Source: an uncultured Smithella sp.
GTDB taxonomy: Bacteria; Desulfobacterota; Syntrophia; Syntrophales; Smithellaceae
Direction: 5' to 3'
Assembly (NCBI GenBank): GCA_964491435.1
Contig: CAZBGE010000004.1
Coordinates: forward strand, 1-51,460
DNA: 51,460 bases
Both the position numbers and the translations under genes were made by a program. The notes below the pieces were generated by a model. It had not been told where the DNA came from. It was given only the letters and a program-made list of their open reading frames with translations, and made no database searches. How positions within the stretch are numbered: position 1 is the first letter of the stretch; each line of letters begins with the position of its first letter. Shown here piece by piece: positions 1 through 8,721 of this stretch.

Positions 1-6
1 GAAACG

Positions 7-1071
7 TTATTTTTCGGCGGATTGTTTCCGCAATTGGTCTCCTAAAATTTGCTGGATGCCGGAAAAAGACTTGAAGTTAGAAGCGCCTTCGACAGTTTTC
101 ACGGCAATGTCCTGCACTTTCTGATAAGCGGCCTCCAGTTGTTGCGAAAGGATGGTTATTCTTTCATTCTGTTCTTTGACGGTTTTTTCGAGAGATTCGG
201 AACGGGCTTTAAAGACATTATGTTCGCCTTCAAATTGTTTTTTGAGCAGGTCTTCTTTGTTTTTTGCTTCCAGCAGGATTCTTTCCGCCGAGTCTTTAAC
301 AGCTTTATTAACGGCAACTTCCAGTTCTTTCGGGAATGCCGCGGCTCTTTTGCGTAGCTCAATCAATTCATCTTCTTTTTCAGCAATTGACTGTTCCCTT
401 GATTTTAGCTCTTTTTCCACCACTTCTTTCTTCGATTTTATTTCCATATCCAGTTTGTTGTTTTCATATGCAGCTTTATCTTTAAGCTGTTGCTGTTCCT
501 TTTTGAAAGCATAATCGAATTCTTCCTTCTCTCTGATCTGCCTTTTCTTCTCGACGGCATCTCTTTCTTTTGTTGCGGCTTCGTGTTCATCTTTCTCTTT
601 TTCCCATGCCTCATGCGTAGCTTCCATTTCCTGACTTAATGCCTCTTTTTTTCGTTCCATTTCGGCCAGAAAATCGTCCCGCTTCATATTTTGCGCCTCA
701 ATTAATGCAGCGAGCGACATGGCAGATTTTTCAATTTCGTATAATTCCTGCAGCTCTTTTTCTTTGGCGGATATTGCATTTTGCAGAGCGTTCAGTCTGA
801 TCACCTGAGCTTCCAGCGTATCGGAAATCTGTGTCAGTGTCTTACCTATATCAATTTTGACGCTACCCAATTCACGGACGACTCCTTCCGCCGTAAGCGA
901 TTCGGCAATTTTTACCGTTTCGGCAATCTTTTTTTCCTCCAGCTTCTTTTCCGGCTTCATGGCGCTTTCCTGTCTTTCCTGCATTACTTTCAGAAGCTCG
1001 TTATACGCACTAAGCATTTCTTCTTTAGTGTTTTTCGTCGAAAGCTTCTTTGTTTCTTTTTTTATTTCCAT
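7..1071 (-). CDS. Long coiled-coil hypothetical protein (354 aa, E/K-rich)
   Basis: Long ORF with heptad-like E/K/A/L composition throughout; no catalytic motif recognised. Confidence 0.8.
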   Translation of the reverse strand: MEIKKETKKLSTKNTKEEMLSAYNELLKVMQERQESAMKPEKKLEEKKIAETVKIAESLTAEGVVRELGSVKIDIGKTLTQISDTLEAQVIRLNALQNAISAKEKELQELYEIEKSAMSLAALIEAQNMKRDDFLAEMERKKEALSQEMEATHEAWEKEKDEHEAATKERDAVEKKRQIREKEEFDYAFKKEQQQLKDKAAYENNKLDMEIKSKKEVVEKELKSREQSIAEKEDELIELRKRAAAFPKELEVAVNKAVKDSAERILLEAKNKEDLLKKQFEGEHNVFKARSESLEKTVKEQNERITILSQQLEAAYQKVQDIAVKTVEGASNFKSFSGIQQILGDQLRKQSAEK

Positions 1072-1204
1072 GGTTTATTCCTTTCTTGATTCGATAATAA
1101 CTTCCGCGCCTGAACGTAACGAAATATCATGAATAAATCAACCAGACTTTTTTTAGAACCAGCAAGGCAAATGGAGATGAATGGGCGCAACAGGTATTTC
1201 CCGC

Positions 1205-1233
1205 TTGACTTGTAATCAATTATTGATTACATT
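1205..1233 (+). promoter_or_regulatory. sigma70-like promoter with palindromic operator for the TA operon
   Basis: TTGACT (1205-1210), 17 bp, TACATT (1228-1233); perfect inverted repeat TGTAATCAAT-T-ATTGATTACA (1211-1231) spans the spacer. Confidence 0.6.
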
Positions 1234-1239
1234 AAAATC

Positions 1240-1503
1240 ATGTTTAGAGTGTCGATTAAAAACAGAATTCTTAAAGATGTTGGCAAGATGCCTATGGCCA
1301 TACAAGAAAACTTGACGGCATTGGTGGAAGATTTAAGAGACAAAGGGCCGGTTCAACCGGATTGGCCTAATTACAGCAAGATCGGTAAAAACAAGTATCA
1401 TTGCCATTTGGCGCATAAATGGGTCGCGTGTTGGCGTTCTGAACATAAATCGTTGATTATAGAGGTGTATTATGCAGGCAGTCGTGAAAACGCCCCGTAT
1501 TGA
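1240..1503 (+). CDS. Type II TA toxin, RelE/HigB-like (87 aa)
   Basis: Size and pattern (YHCHL...VACW...IEVYYAGSRE) resemble RelE-superfamily toxins; overlaps a downstream HTH gene. Confidence 0.75.
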   Translation: MFRVSIKNRILKDVGKMPMAIQENLTALVEDLRDKGPVQPDWPNYSKIGKNKYHCHLAHKWVACWRSEHKSLIIEVYYAGSRENAPY

Positions 1504-1867
1504 GATCAGCATCAGGGGTGCGGCGATTCCGCCGAAGTTGATCGATGTTTTAAGGGAAGAATATGGAAACAAACTAAGTCTTGTTGAGGACCAAGACGAA
1601 AAGTTTATCGATGTTTTTGAAACAAAGTGGTTCAAGAGCATGAAAAGCAAAATGACGCCCGGCGTCTATATCCGTATTTGCCGCAAAAAAAAGGGACTGA
1701 CGCAACGTCAATTAGGTGAGGCGCTTGGTGGCATTCCAGCGCAAAATATTTCCGGGATGGAACGCGGAACCAGAGCGATCAGCCTGGCAATGGCCCAAAA
1801 ATTATCAGCATTCTTCCAGACCGGTGTTGAGAAATTTATTGCCGGAACTACAGAGGGGGCGGCATGA
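1472..1867 (+). CDS. XRE-family HTH antitoxin (HigA-like, 131 aa)
   Basis: C-terminal HTH (GLTQRQLGEALGGIPAQNISGMERG); GAGGTG RBS; toxin-first arrangement. Confidence 0.8.
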   Translation: MQAVVKTPRIEISIRGAAIPPKLIDVLREEYGNKLSLVEDQDEKFIDVFETKWFKSMKSKMTPGVYIRICRKKKGLTQRQLGEALGGIPAQNISGMERGTRAISLAMAQKLSAFFQTGVEKFIAGTTEGAA

Positions 1868-2043
1868 TCGGGAAAGGCGACAAAGACATTATTGCACCGT
1901 TTGACATGGCCGGAAAATCACAGGTGGTGACTGGCACGGCATCATTGTCTATGCTTTGCTGTTTGCGTGGAGACTGGTGTTCGCTATAATAAGTCAAAGG
2001 CAGAGTGAATCCATTATCCTTAATGGGTTTAGAATGATAGAAA

Positions 2044-2129
2044 GTCAGCTTAATTGAATGGCTGAATTCATGAAATACGTAAAGAAAACAATCATATTTA
2101 ATGGGAAGTTAATAAGTTTACAGCGTCCC
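2044..2129 (+). mobile_element. Relic right end of a RAYT-like element related to 2692-3847
   Basis: Ungapped 70/86 match (hand count) to 3761-3846; its last 24 nt are an exact reverse complement of 2693-2716. Confidence 0.75.
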
Positions 2130-2142
2130 TCTGTTTTTCCGG

Positions 2143-2465
2143 ATGAGAACAATAAAAACACTTCGCGACCTGTATAATTTCCCTGGATTCCGTGCACGTG
2201 CCATGCTCAAGCCTCACCCGGAAGATAAAGAAGGATATATTGCTACCCTCGAACGCCGCCAAAAAAAACTGTCTGTTCCGGCTGCGGCAAAGTATTGTCA
2301 AGTTATCGTGACCGGCGAACTCATATTGTGCGAGACTTGGATGCCGGGGCAACCCATATCTATCTTGAATTTGAGTATCGCCGGGTTGCCTGCCCTCATT
2401 GTAACGCCGTGAAGCGTGAAACTCTTTCATTGCTGGCCAAGTCAGCCCGATTCACGCAACGGTTT
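2143..2465 (+). pseudogene. ISL3-family transposase 5' fragment with a frameshift at an A8 run
   Basis: LYNFPGFR...RRQKK, then in the -1 frame TVCSGCG...RDRRTHIVRDL...EFEYRRVACPHC (zf-ISL3-like); truncated at 2465. Confidence 0.8.
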
Positions 2466-2690
2466 GGAATTCAGGGGACATAACACTTAATTATCGATCA
2501 TTTTTTTTGGTCCCGGCTTTTGTTTTTGTAACGCACGTCCGGTAAGCTTTTCAATCTTCTTTACAAAATCATGGTTTCCTGCCGGTCGTCCTGTGCGGGA
2601 TGAGCGTTTCACTTTGAATATATCGTCGCTGTCCCCGGTTGTTTCAAGTAAGTATTTCCGCCAGTCCTTAATCAAACCATAGACACCGCT
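2466..2690 (-). pseudogene. 3' fragment and end of a second RAYT-like (Y1 HUH) transposase
   Basis: ORF 2487-2675 has a RAYT-like tail (RTGRPAGNHDFVKKIEKLTGRALQKQKPGPKK); stop followed by TATGTCCCCTGAATTCC; 5' part cut off at the neighbouring element. Confidence 0.65.
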
Positions 2691-2691
2691 G

Positions 2692-3847
2692 GGGGACGCT
2701 GTAAACTTATTAACTTTCTCATTGACAACGAAGTAAAATCAATCTATTGGGAACGTCATGCCAAGAGGAGCGCGTATAGATGCAGTCAATGCCGTCCATC
2801 ATATCATGGTGCGAGGCATTGAACGCAGGAAGATATTCGATTCTGATGCCGATCGGGATCATTTCCTTCATCGGATGGGCGAGATTCTTCTGGATACCGG
2901 AACAACCTGTTTTGCCTGGTCATTGATGCCCAATCATTTTCATCTGCTTTGCCGCACGGGAAACATACCGATTTCAACCGTGATGAGGCGACTGTTGACC
3001 GGATATGCCAACTGGTTTAACCGGAGCCGACGTCGGCACGGCCATCTTTTTCAGAATCGATTCAAATCCATTTTGTGCCAGGAGGATGCCTATCTTCTGG
3101 AACTGGTTCGCTACATTCATCTTAATCCGCTGCGTGCCGGTTTGGTTCAGGGATTGGACGGTTTGGACAGCTATCCGTATTCCGGCCACGGCGCCCTGAT
3201 GGAAAGAGATCATCATCCCTGGCAGGAAACGGAAGGGATTCTGGGGCTTTTTGGAAAGAGCCGGGATTTGGCGCGTCAGTCCTATCGACTGTTTGTGAAG
3301 CAGGGACTCGAACAGGGCAGACGGCATGATCTGGCAGGCGGGGGCTTAATCCGTAGCGCAGGCGGCTGGGAGGGGCTGAAGCAGAAAAGGGAGGAAGGGA
3401 CTTACCAGCGAAGTGATGAAAGAATACTGGGTGACAGCGATTTTGTCAGTCAGGTGTTGTCAAAGGCGGAAGAAGCAATCAAGAAAAGTCATTTGCTACG
3501 ATCCAGCGGCATGGACTTAGAGCAGGTTGCATTGCGCGTTTCGGAATTAATGGGGGTCAAACCCGAAGATGTCCGTGCAGCCGGGAAGCAGCAACACATC
3601 GTGAACGCCCGAAGCCTGTTTTGCTATTGGGCTGTTCGGGAGCTTGGAGAGACGATGGCCAGTTTGTCCCGCAATTTTGGCTTATCCATTCCGGCTATCA
3701 GTAAATCGGTTGTCCGGGGCCGGCAGATTGCCGAGGCCAACGGGTTCAAACTGATTGATAGTTAGCTTATTTGAATGCCAGAGTTAATGAAATACCTATA
3801 TAAAACAAGTACATTGAATGGTAAGTTAATAAGTAAACAGCGTCCCC
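2692..3847 (+). mobile_element. Putative intact element: RAYT-like transposase bounded by 25-bp inverted repeats
   Basis: 2692-2716 GGGGACGCTGTAAACTTATTAACTT and 3823-3847 AAGTTAATAAGTAAACAGCGTCCCC are 23/25 inverted; TTGACA at 2722-2727; no obvious target duplication. Confidence 0.7.
2758..3765 (+). CDS. REP-associated tyrosine transposase-like (Y1_Tnp) with C-terminal DnaA-C-like HTH
   Basis: HHIMVRG, HUH motif PNHFHLL, RYIHLNP catalytic Tyr; C-terminal ARSLFCYWAVRELGETMASLSRNFG. Confidence 0.88.
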   Translation: MPRGARIDAVNAVHHIMVRGIERRKIFDSDADRDHFLHRMGEILLDTGTTCFAWSLMPNHFHLLCRTGNIPISTVMRRLLTGYANWFNRSRRRHGHLFQNRFKSILCQEDAYLLELVRYIHLNPLRAGLVQGLDGLDSYPYSGHGALMERDHHPWQETEGILGLFGKSRDLARQSYRLFVKQGLEQGRRHDLAGGGLIRSAGGWEGLKQKREEGTYQRSDERILGDSDFVSQVLSKAEEAIKKSHLLRSSGMDLEQVALRVSELMGVKPEDVRAAGKQQHIVNARSLFCYWAVRELGETMASLSRNFGLSIPAISKSVVRGRQIAEANGFKLIDS

Positions 3848-5233
3848 TTAGGTTCTGATTTTTAAGTTTACTTGCAGATATTTTTTGAATGCTTCAAAAT
3901 CCTTGGACATTTTGATGGCGCCGCCTTCCCGGCGGGCCAGATCTTTCATGCTCTCCGGCGGCTCTGGGTCAATTCCCAGAAGATTCTTGATTTCATCCGG
4001 GAATTTGGCCGGGTGGGCGGTTTCCAGGCAAATAGCCAGCTTATCGTCGCCGGTTTTCTGAAAATACGCTTCCAGTCCCTTCCATCCCACAGCGCCGTGC
4101 TGTTCCAGTATGACACGGTAACGCTCGTAAACGCTCTTAATGGTTTGGCGGGTTTGTTCGTCGGTGACGCTGATGGAGAAAATGCGGCGGCGCATTTCCT
4201 CAAGATCGGGATAGCGATAGACATGGCCCGCGCGATCCACGGAACCGCCGTATAATTCAAAGAAACGCGCCAGATTGCTGGGATGTCCGACATTCATGGC
4301 GTTGGAAATGCAGGCCCGCGAGGGCGACACCTTCCGGTATTGGCCTGTCTCCAGAAAGACCGGAAATTCGTCATTTTCGTTGGTGGGCATGATCAGTTTG
4401 GACACCGGCAATCCCATCCGGCGGGCGTATTCGCAGCCCAGGGCGTCGCCGAAATTTCCGGAGGGGACGGAAACCACCACTTCCTCGCCGGCTCCCGCCA
4501 GTTGGGCATAGGCGTAAATATAATAAACAATCTGAGGCAAAATGCGGCCGAAATTAATGGAATTGGCCGAAGACAAATTAAAATGGGCCAAATCGGCGTC
4601 GGCGAAGGCTTCTTTGACCAGGTTCTGGCAGTCGTCGAATTTGCCATCCACGCACATGGCCTGAACGTTGCCACCAATGGTGTCGAGTTGCTTCTTCTGC
4701 ATCAGGCTCACTTCACCCGCAGGATACAAAATGGTCACATCAATGCCCGCAACGCCTTTATAAGCTTCTCCCACAGCGCTTCCTGTGTCGCCGGATGTCG
4801 CCACCAGGATATTGAGCCTTTCTCCCTCAGGCCGGCAGTAGCTCATGAGCCTCGCCATCATCCGGGCGGCAAAATCCTTAAAGGACGCGGTTGGCCCCTG
4901 ATCCAGGCGTAAAATAAACGCATGCGGGTAAACAGCCTCCAGCGGCACAGGGTAGTTATAAGCGTCCCTGACAATGGCTTCGAGAATATCTACTGGAAAT
5001 TCTCCGGAAAGAAAGGATTTGGCGACAAGCAGCGCGGCCTGCCAGTAGGGTTTGTCCCGAAGCGCCATCATATCATTCATGGAAAGCTGCGGAATGATAT
5101 CGGGAACAAACAAACCTTCGTCCGGCGCCTGTCCTTTAAGGAGCGCTTCCTTAAAAGACACGTTTCCGGTAAAAGGTGTAATTCCCGCAATATTATTTAC
5201 ATGACGATTCGTACTGTAATATCTGATGGCCAT
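3848..5233 (-). CDS. thrC: Threonine synthase
   Basis: GPTASFKDF PLP-Lys motif, ATSGDTG, PSGNFG, ETAHPAKF; start moved to MAIRYYST at 5233. Confidence 0.93.
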   Translation of the reverse strand: MAIRYYSTNRHVNNIAGITPFTGNVSFKEALLKGQAPDEGLFVPDIIPQLSMNDMMALRDKPYWQAALLVAKSFLSGEFPVDILEAIVRDAYNYPVPLEAVYPHAFILRLDQGPTASFKDFAARMMARLMSYCRPEGERLNILVATSGDTGSAVGEAYKGVAGIDVTILYPAGEVSLMQKKQLDTIGGNVQAMCVDGKFDDCQNLVKEAFADADLAHFNLSSANSINFGRILPQIVYYIYAYAQLAGAGEEVVVSVPSGNFGDALGCEYARRMGLPVSKLIMPTNENDEFPVFLETGQYRKVSPSRACISNAMNVGHPSNLARFFELYGGSVDRAGHVYRYPDLEEMRRRIFSISVTDEQTRQTIKSVYERYRVILEQHGAVGWKGLEAYFQKTGDDKLAICLETAHPAKFPDEIKNLLGIDPEPPESMKDLARREGGAIKMSKDFEAFKKYLQVNLKIRT

Positions 5234-5429
5234 CCTGTGCATCCCTTTTCAATGTGCTTTCCTATAAGCTGATTGGCGCAAATAAATCAATCAAAAAACG
5301 ACAATCGGAAATACGGGGAACAATCACTCCCGTTGCCGAATACCTGTTGGAAAATACCGGTTTCTATGTTAAAAATCGCAAATGTTCCAGTGAGAAAAAC
5401 TGATATTTATTTCAAGGTTGAGGGAAAAA

Positions 5430-6482
5430 ATGGCAGAAAAAAAACCCATCCGTTTGACGGAAACAGTCCAGAGCGCGGGTTGAGCCTGTAAGATCGGTCC
5501 GGGGGACCTGTCTGACATTCTCTGTGATTTGCCGCTCATTTCCGATCCTCATTTACTGACCGGATATGAACATGCGGAAGACGCGGGCGTGTATAAAATT
5601 TCCGACGACCTCGCGCTGGTGCAGACGGTGGACTTCTTCACTCCGACTGTGGATGATCCCTATACTTTCGGCCAGATTGCCGCAACCAATGCGCTCAATG
5701 ATGTTTATGCCATGGGCGGTAAGCCCATCACCGCCATGAATATTGTTTGCTTTCCGATCAAGACGATGGATAAATCCGTTCTGCGGGACGTGCTGCGCGG
5801 GGGTCTGGATAAAATGCGTGAAGCGGGCGTTCTGTTAATGGGCGGGCACAGCGTGGAAGACAATGAAATCAAATACGGCCTGTCTGTGACCGGCACGATT
5901 CATCCGGATCGTATCCTGTTTAATCGCGGCGCGCAACCGGGCGATTGTCTGGTTTTAACCAAGCCGCTGGGCACGGGCATTGTCAGCACGGCGCTCAAGG
6001 CCAATGCCGTTTCTGACGCGCTTCTGCGGAAGGCCATCGCCTGCATGACCCGGCTCAACAAGCAGGCTTCCGAACTGATGCTTGCCGCGGGAGATATTCA
6101 TTCCTGCACGGATATTACCGGCTTCGGTTTTCTGGGGCATGCCTGCGAAACCATTGAAGGCAGCGACGTTGGTCTGCGGATTTTTTCAAAGGCGATACCA
6201 ATCCTGGAAGGTGTCCGCGATCTGGCCGAAACGGGGCTGATGCCCGGCGGCCTTTACCGCAACCGCAATTTCCGCATCGCGCAGGTCGAAAAGGCTCCGG
6301 CCTGTCCGGACTGGATTTTTGATGTTTGTTTCGATCCGCAGACGGCGGGCGGCTTGTTTTTCAGCCTGCCGGCGGCAAAAGCGCAGGCGCTTGTGGAAAC
6401 GATGCGGCAGGCAGGCATGGCGGATGCGGCCATTGTGGGAGATGTGTCAAGCGAACATCCGGGTAAAATTTTCATGGAGTAA
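5430..6482 (+). CDS. selD: Selenide, water dikinase; selenoprotein with Sec at codon 18 (TGA 5481-5483)
   Basis: In-frame extension of the tracked ORF: MAEKKPIRLTETVQSAG-U-ACKIGPGDL; DFFTP, DVYAMGG, GGHS, TDITGFG, DPQTAGGL motifs. Confidence 0.95.
5491..5513 (+). promoter_or_regulatory. Putative bacterial SECIS hairpin
   Basis: AGA-TC-GGTCC-GGG-GGACC-TG-TCT stem-loop with a G-rich loop, starting 7 nt after the UGA. Confidence 0.6.
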
Positions 6483-6488
6483 TGATAT

Positions 6489-7553
6489 TTGGACCGGTTG
6501 CCCTATAAAAACGAAACCCAGCGGAATTTGAAAAAACTGCTGGAACTTACGCAGCCTGACGATACGCTGCTTCTTTTGATGCACGGCAGCCCGGACCCGG
6601 ATGCCATTGCCTCGGCCATGGCGCTGCGGGAAATTCTTCGCCGGGGAAAGGGTCTTTCTCACTGCACATTTGCGTCAACAGAACCTTTCCGGCGTCAGCA
6701 AAACAGAGAACTGGCCCGGGCAATGCGTCTCAATATCCGGCAGTTGAATCAGGTGAACGTAAGCTCTTTCCGGCTGGTCGCGCTGGTGGACGCGCAGCCT
6801 TCCTTCTTCCGCGATCCCTCCGTGGCGATCACGGCTAACCTTGTCTTTGATCATCATCCCCGTTGCGGCGACTGGACGTCCGACCTGGAAGACATCCGTC
6901 CCCAGTATGGCGCGCTTTCCACGGTCCTGACGGAATATCTGCTTTGCGCCCGCACGCGCATTCCCCGCAATCTGCATACGGCGCTGCTTTACGGCATCAA
7001 GACGGACACGGACAATTTCGACCGCGACACGATCACGGAAGACATCCGGGCCTATACGTATCACTCCCGACGCGCCAATATGCGGCTGATCCGGCGCATG
7101 GAACTCAACCAGACGCCCATCAGTTATCTAAAATCCTTTGATCATGCCTTTCATGCCATGAAACACTACCGCGGCCGGCGCGTCGGTTTTCTGGGGCATG
7201 TGGAAAGTCCGGACGTTTGCGTGCAGGTCGCGGATTTCTACCTGCATCTGATCGGCACGTCTTACGTGGTCGTCGCGGGAATCGTCAACGATAAGCTGAT
7301 TATCATTTTCCGGGGTGACGGCTACCGTCAGGACTGCGGCAAGCTGGCACAAAGCGTCTGCGGCCTGTTCGGCCAGGGCGGCGGTCATCGCAGCGCCGCC
7401 CGGATGGAAATCCCTCTGGACGTTTTAAAAACAGCATTAAAAGGTGATTTATCCCAGCAAAGAGTTGATCATTTTCTGAATGAATGCCTGAAGAAAAACC
7501 ATCCGGCCAAACAGGGCCAGGCCGTGACGAAAACGGAGAACAATGCCATATGA
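6489..7553 (+). CDS. DHH-family phosphoesterase (NrnA-like)
   Basis: HGSPDPDAIAS, VDAQ, FDHH, GIKTDT, GGGHRSAA motifs; TTG start. Confidence 0.85.
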   Translation: MDRLPYKNETQRNLKKLLELTQPDDTLLLLMHGSPDPDAIASAMALREILRRGKGLSHCTFASTEPFRRQQNRELARAMRLNIRQLNQVNVSSFRLVALVDAQPSFFRDPSVAITANLVFDHHPRCGDWTSDLEDIRPQYGALSTVLTEYLLCARTRIPRNLHTALLYGIKTDTDNFDRDTITEDIRAYTYHSRRANMRLIRRMELNQTPISYLKSFDHAFHAMKHYRGRRVGFLGHVESPDVCVQVADFYLHLIGTSYVVVAGIVNDKLIIIFRGDGYRQDCGKLAQSVCGLFGQGGGHRSAARMEIPLDVLKTALKGDLSQQRVDHFLNECLKKNHPAKQGQAVTKTENNAI

Positions 7554-8590
7554 GAGAGATCGGATTTCAAAAAGAGACGGCCACCGGACGCTACCTCAAC
7601 CCCTTTGATGGTTTTGCGCCGAAAGACATGCCCATCGAAGAACGTTACGACGAAACCACCGGCGTGGCCAGCCGTATCCTGCCTTACCGGGTGCGGCCCG
7701 CGCAAAAACCAGACACAAACGCCTATCTTGAGAAATCGCCGGAATCCATCTGTCCGTTTTGCCCAGAGCTTTTTGACAAGCTGACGCCGAAATTTACGCC
7801 GGAGATTATTGAGGAAGGCAAATTCAAAAAGGGTAAAGCCTGTCTGTTTCCCAACGCCTTTCCCTATGACGCCACCAACACGGTGGCCATTTTTTCATCA
7901 CGACACTTCATTCCACTGGATCAGTTGACGCCGGATGAAATGCGCGACGGCTTTGCCGTCTGCCGCGATTATTTTTACCGGATCGCGGAACTGCACAAGG
8001 AATATCAATTCTGTTCGATCAACTGGAACTACATGCCGCCCGCGGGAGGCGGCCTGATTCATCCTCACCTGCAGACGATCGTCAGCGCAAAACCGACCAA
8101 TTTTATGCGGAGACTGCTGGCCAGCGCGCAAAACTACATGGCGGCCTCGGACGGCGGCAATTTATGGAGGAATCTCCTGCTCATGGAGAAGGAAACCGGC
8201 GAGCGCTTTATCGCCTCCACCGGCGTTATTTCCTGGCTGGCCGCCTTTTCGCCCAAAGGCATGGCTGGAGAAGTTGATTTTTACTTCAAGGAAAAAACTT
8301 CTTTCTTCGATTTGACCGAAACCAACTTTGAGGAAATGCTGCGGGGCCTGTCCCGCGTCTTCCTTCACCTGCATGTCAACAATTTCATGAGTTTTAATCT
8401 GTCACTCTACGCAACCATGACACCGGAGAAGAATTTCTGGGTGCAGGGAAAAATCGTGCCGCGCTTTGAAGTCAATCCCCTGGGCACCAGCGATTTGAAC
8501 TACTTTGAAAAACTGCACGATGAAATCATCTGCCCCATCGCTCCGGAACAGTTGTGCCGGGAATTGCAGGAATATTTTAAAACAACATAA
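7550..8590 (+). CDS. Galactose-1-phosphate uridylyltransferase-like HIT protein
   Basis: CPFC, FPNAFPY, NWNY, HPHLQ (HxHxQ); start moved to ATG 7550, which overlaps the upstream stop (ATGA). Confidence 0.75.
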   Translation: MREIGFQKETATGRYLNPFDGFAPKDMPIEERYDETTGVASRILPYRVRPAQKPDTNAYLEKSPESICPFCPELFDKLTPKFTPEIIEEGKFKKGKACLFPNAFPYDATNTVAIFSSRHFIPLDQLTPDEMRDGFAVCRDYFYRIAELHKEYQFCSINWNYMPPAGGGLIHPHLQTIVSAKPTNFMRRLLASAQNYMAASDGGNLWRNLLLMEKETGERFIASTGVISWLAAFSPKGMAGEVDFYFKEKTSFFDLTETNFEEMLRGLSRVFLHLHVNNFMSFNLSLYATMTPEKNFWVQGKIVPRFEVNPLGTSDLNYFEKLHDEIICPIAPEQLCRELQEYFKTT

Positions 8591-8721
8591 TTCTTGATAC
8601 GAAGCTGAAAGTGTAAGATCTTGGAATTACCACTTTAATAAAGAGCAATTCGCGGATAGGTCTTGTCTTGTGCCTTGCACACAAAAGGCTGGGAACACTC
8701 ATGCCACCTCAACCAAAGAGA

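Noticed and set aside
1864-2043. Short ORFs after the antitoxin
   Set aside because: Under 60 codons, no motif; the 3' part is better explained as a decayed RAYT tail (NGFRMIES vs NGFKLIDS).
5273-5491. 72-aa ORF upstream of selD
   Set aside because: Different frame overlapping the true Sec-containing selD N-terminus; no motif.
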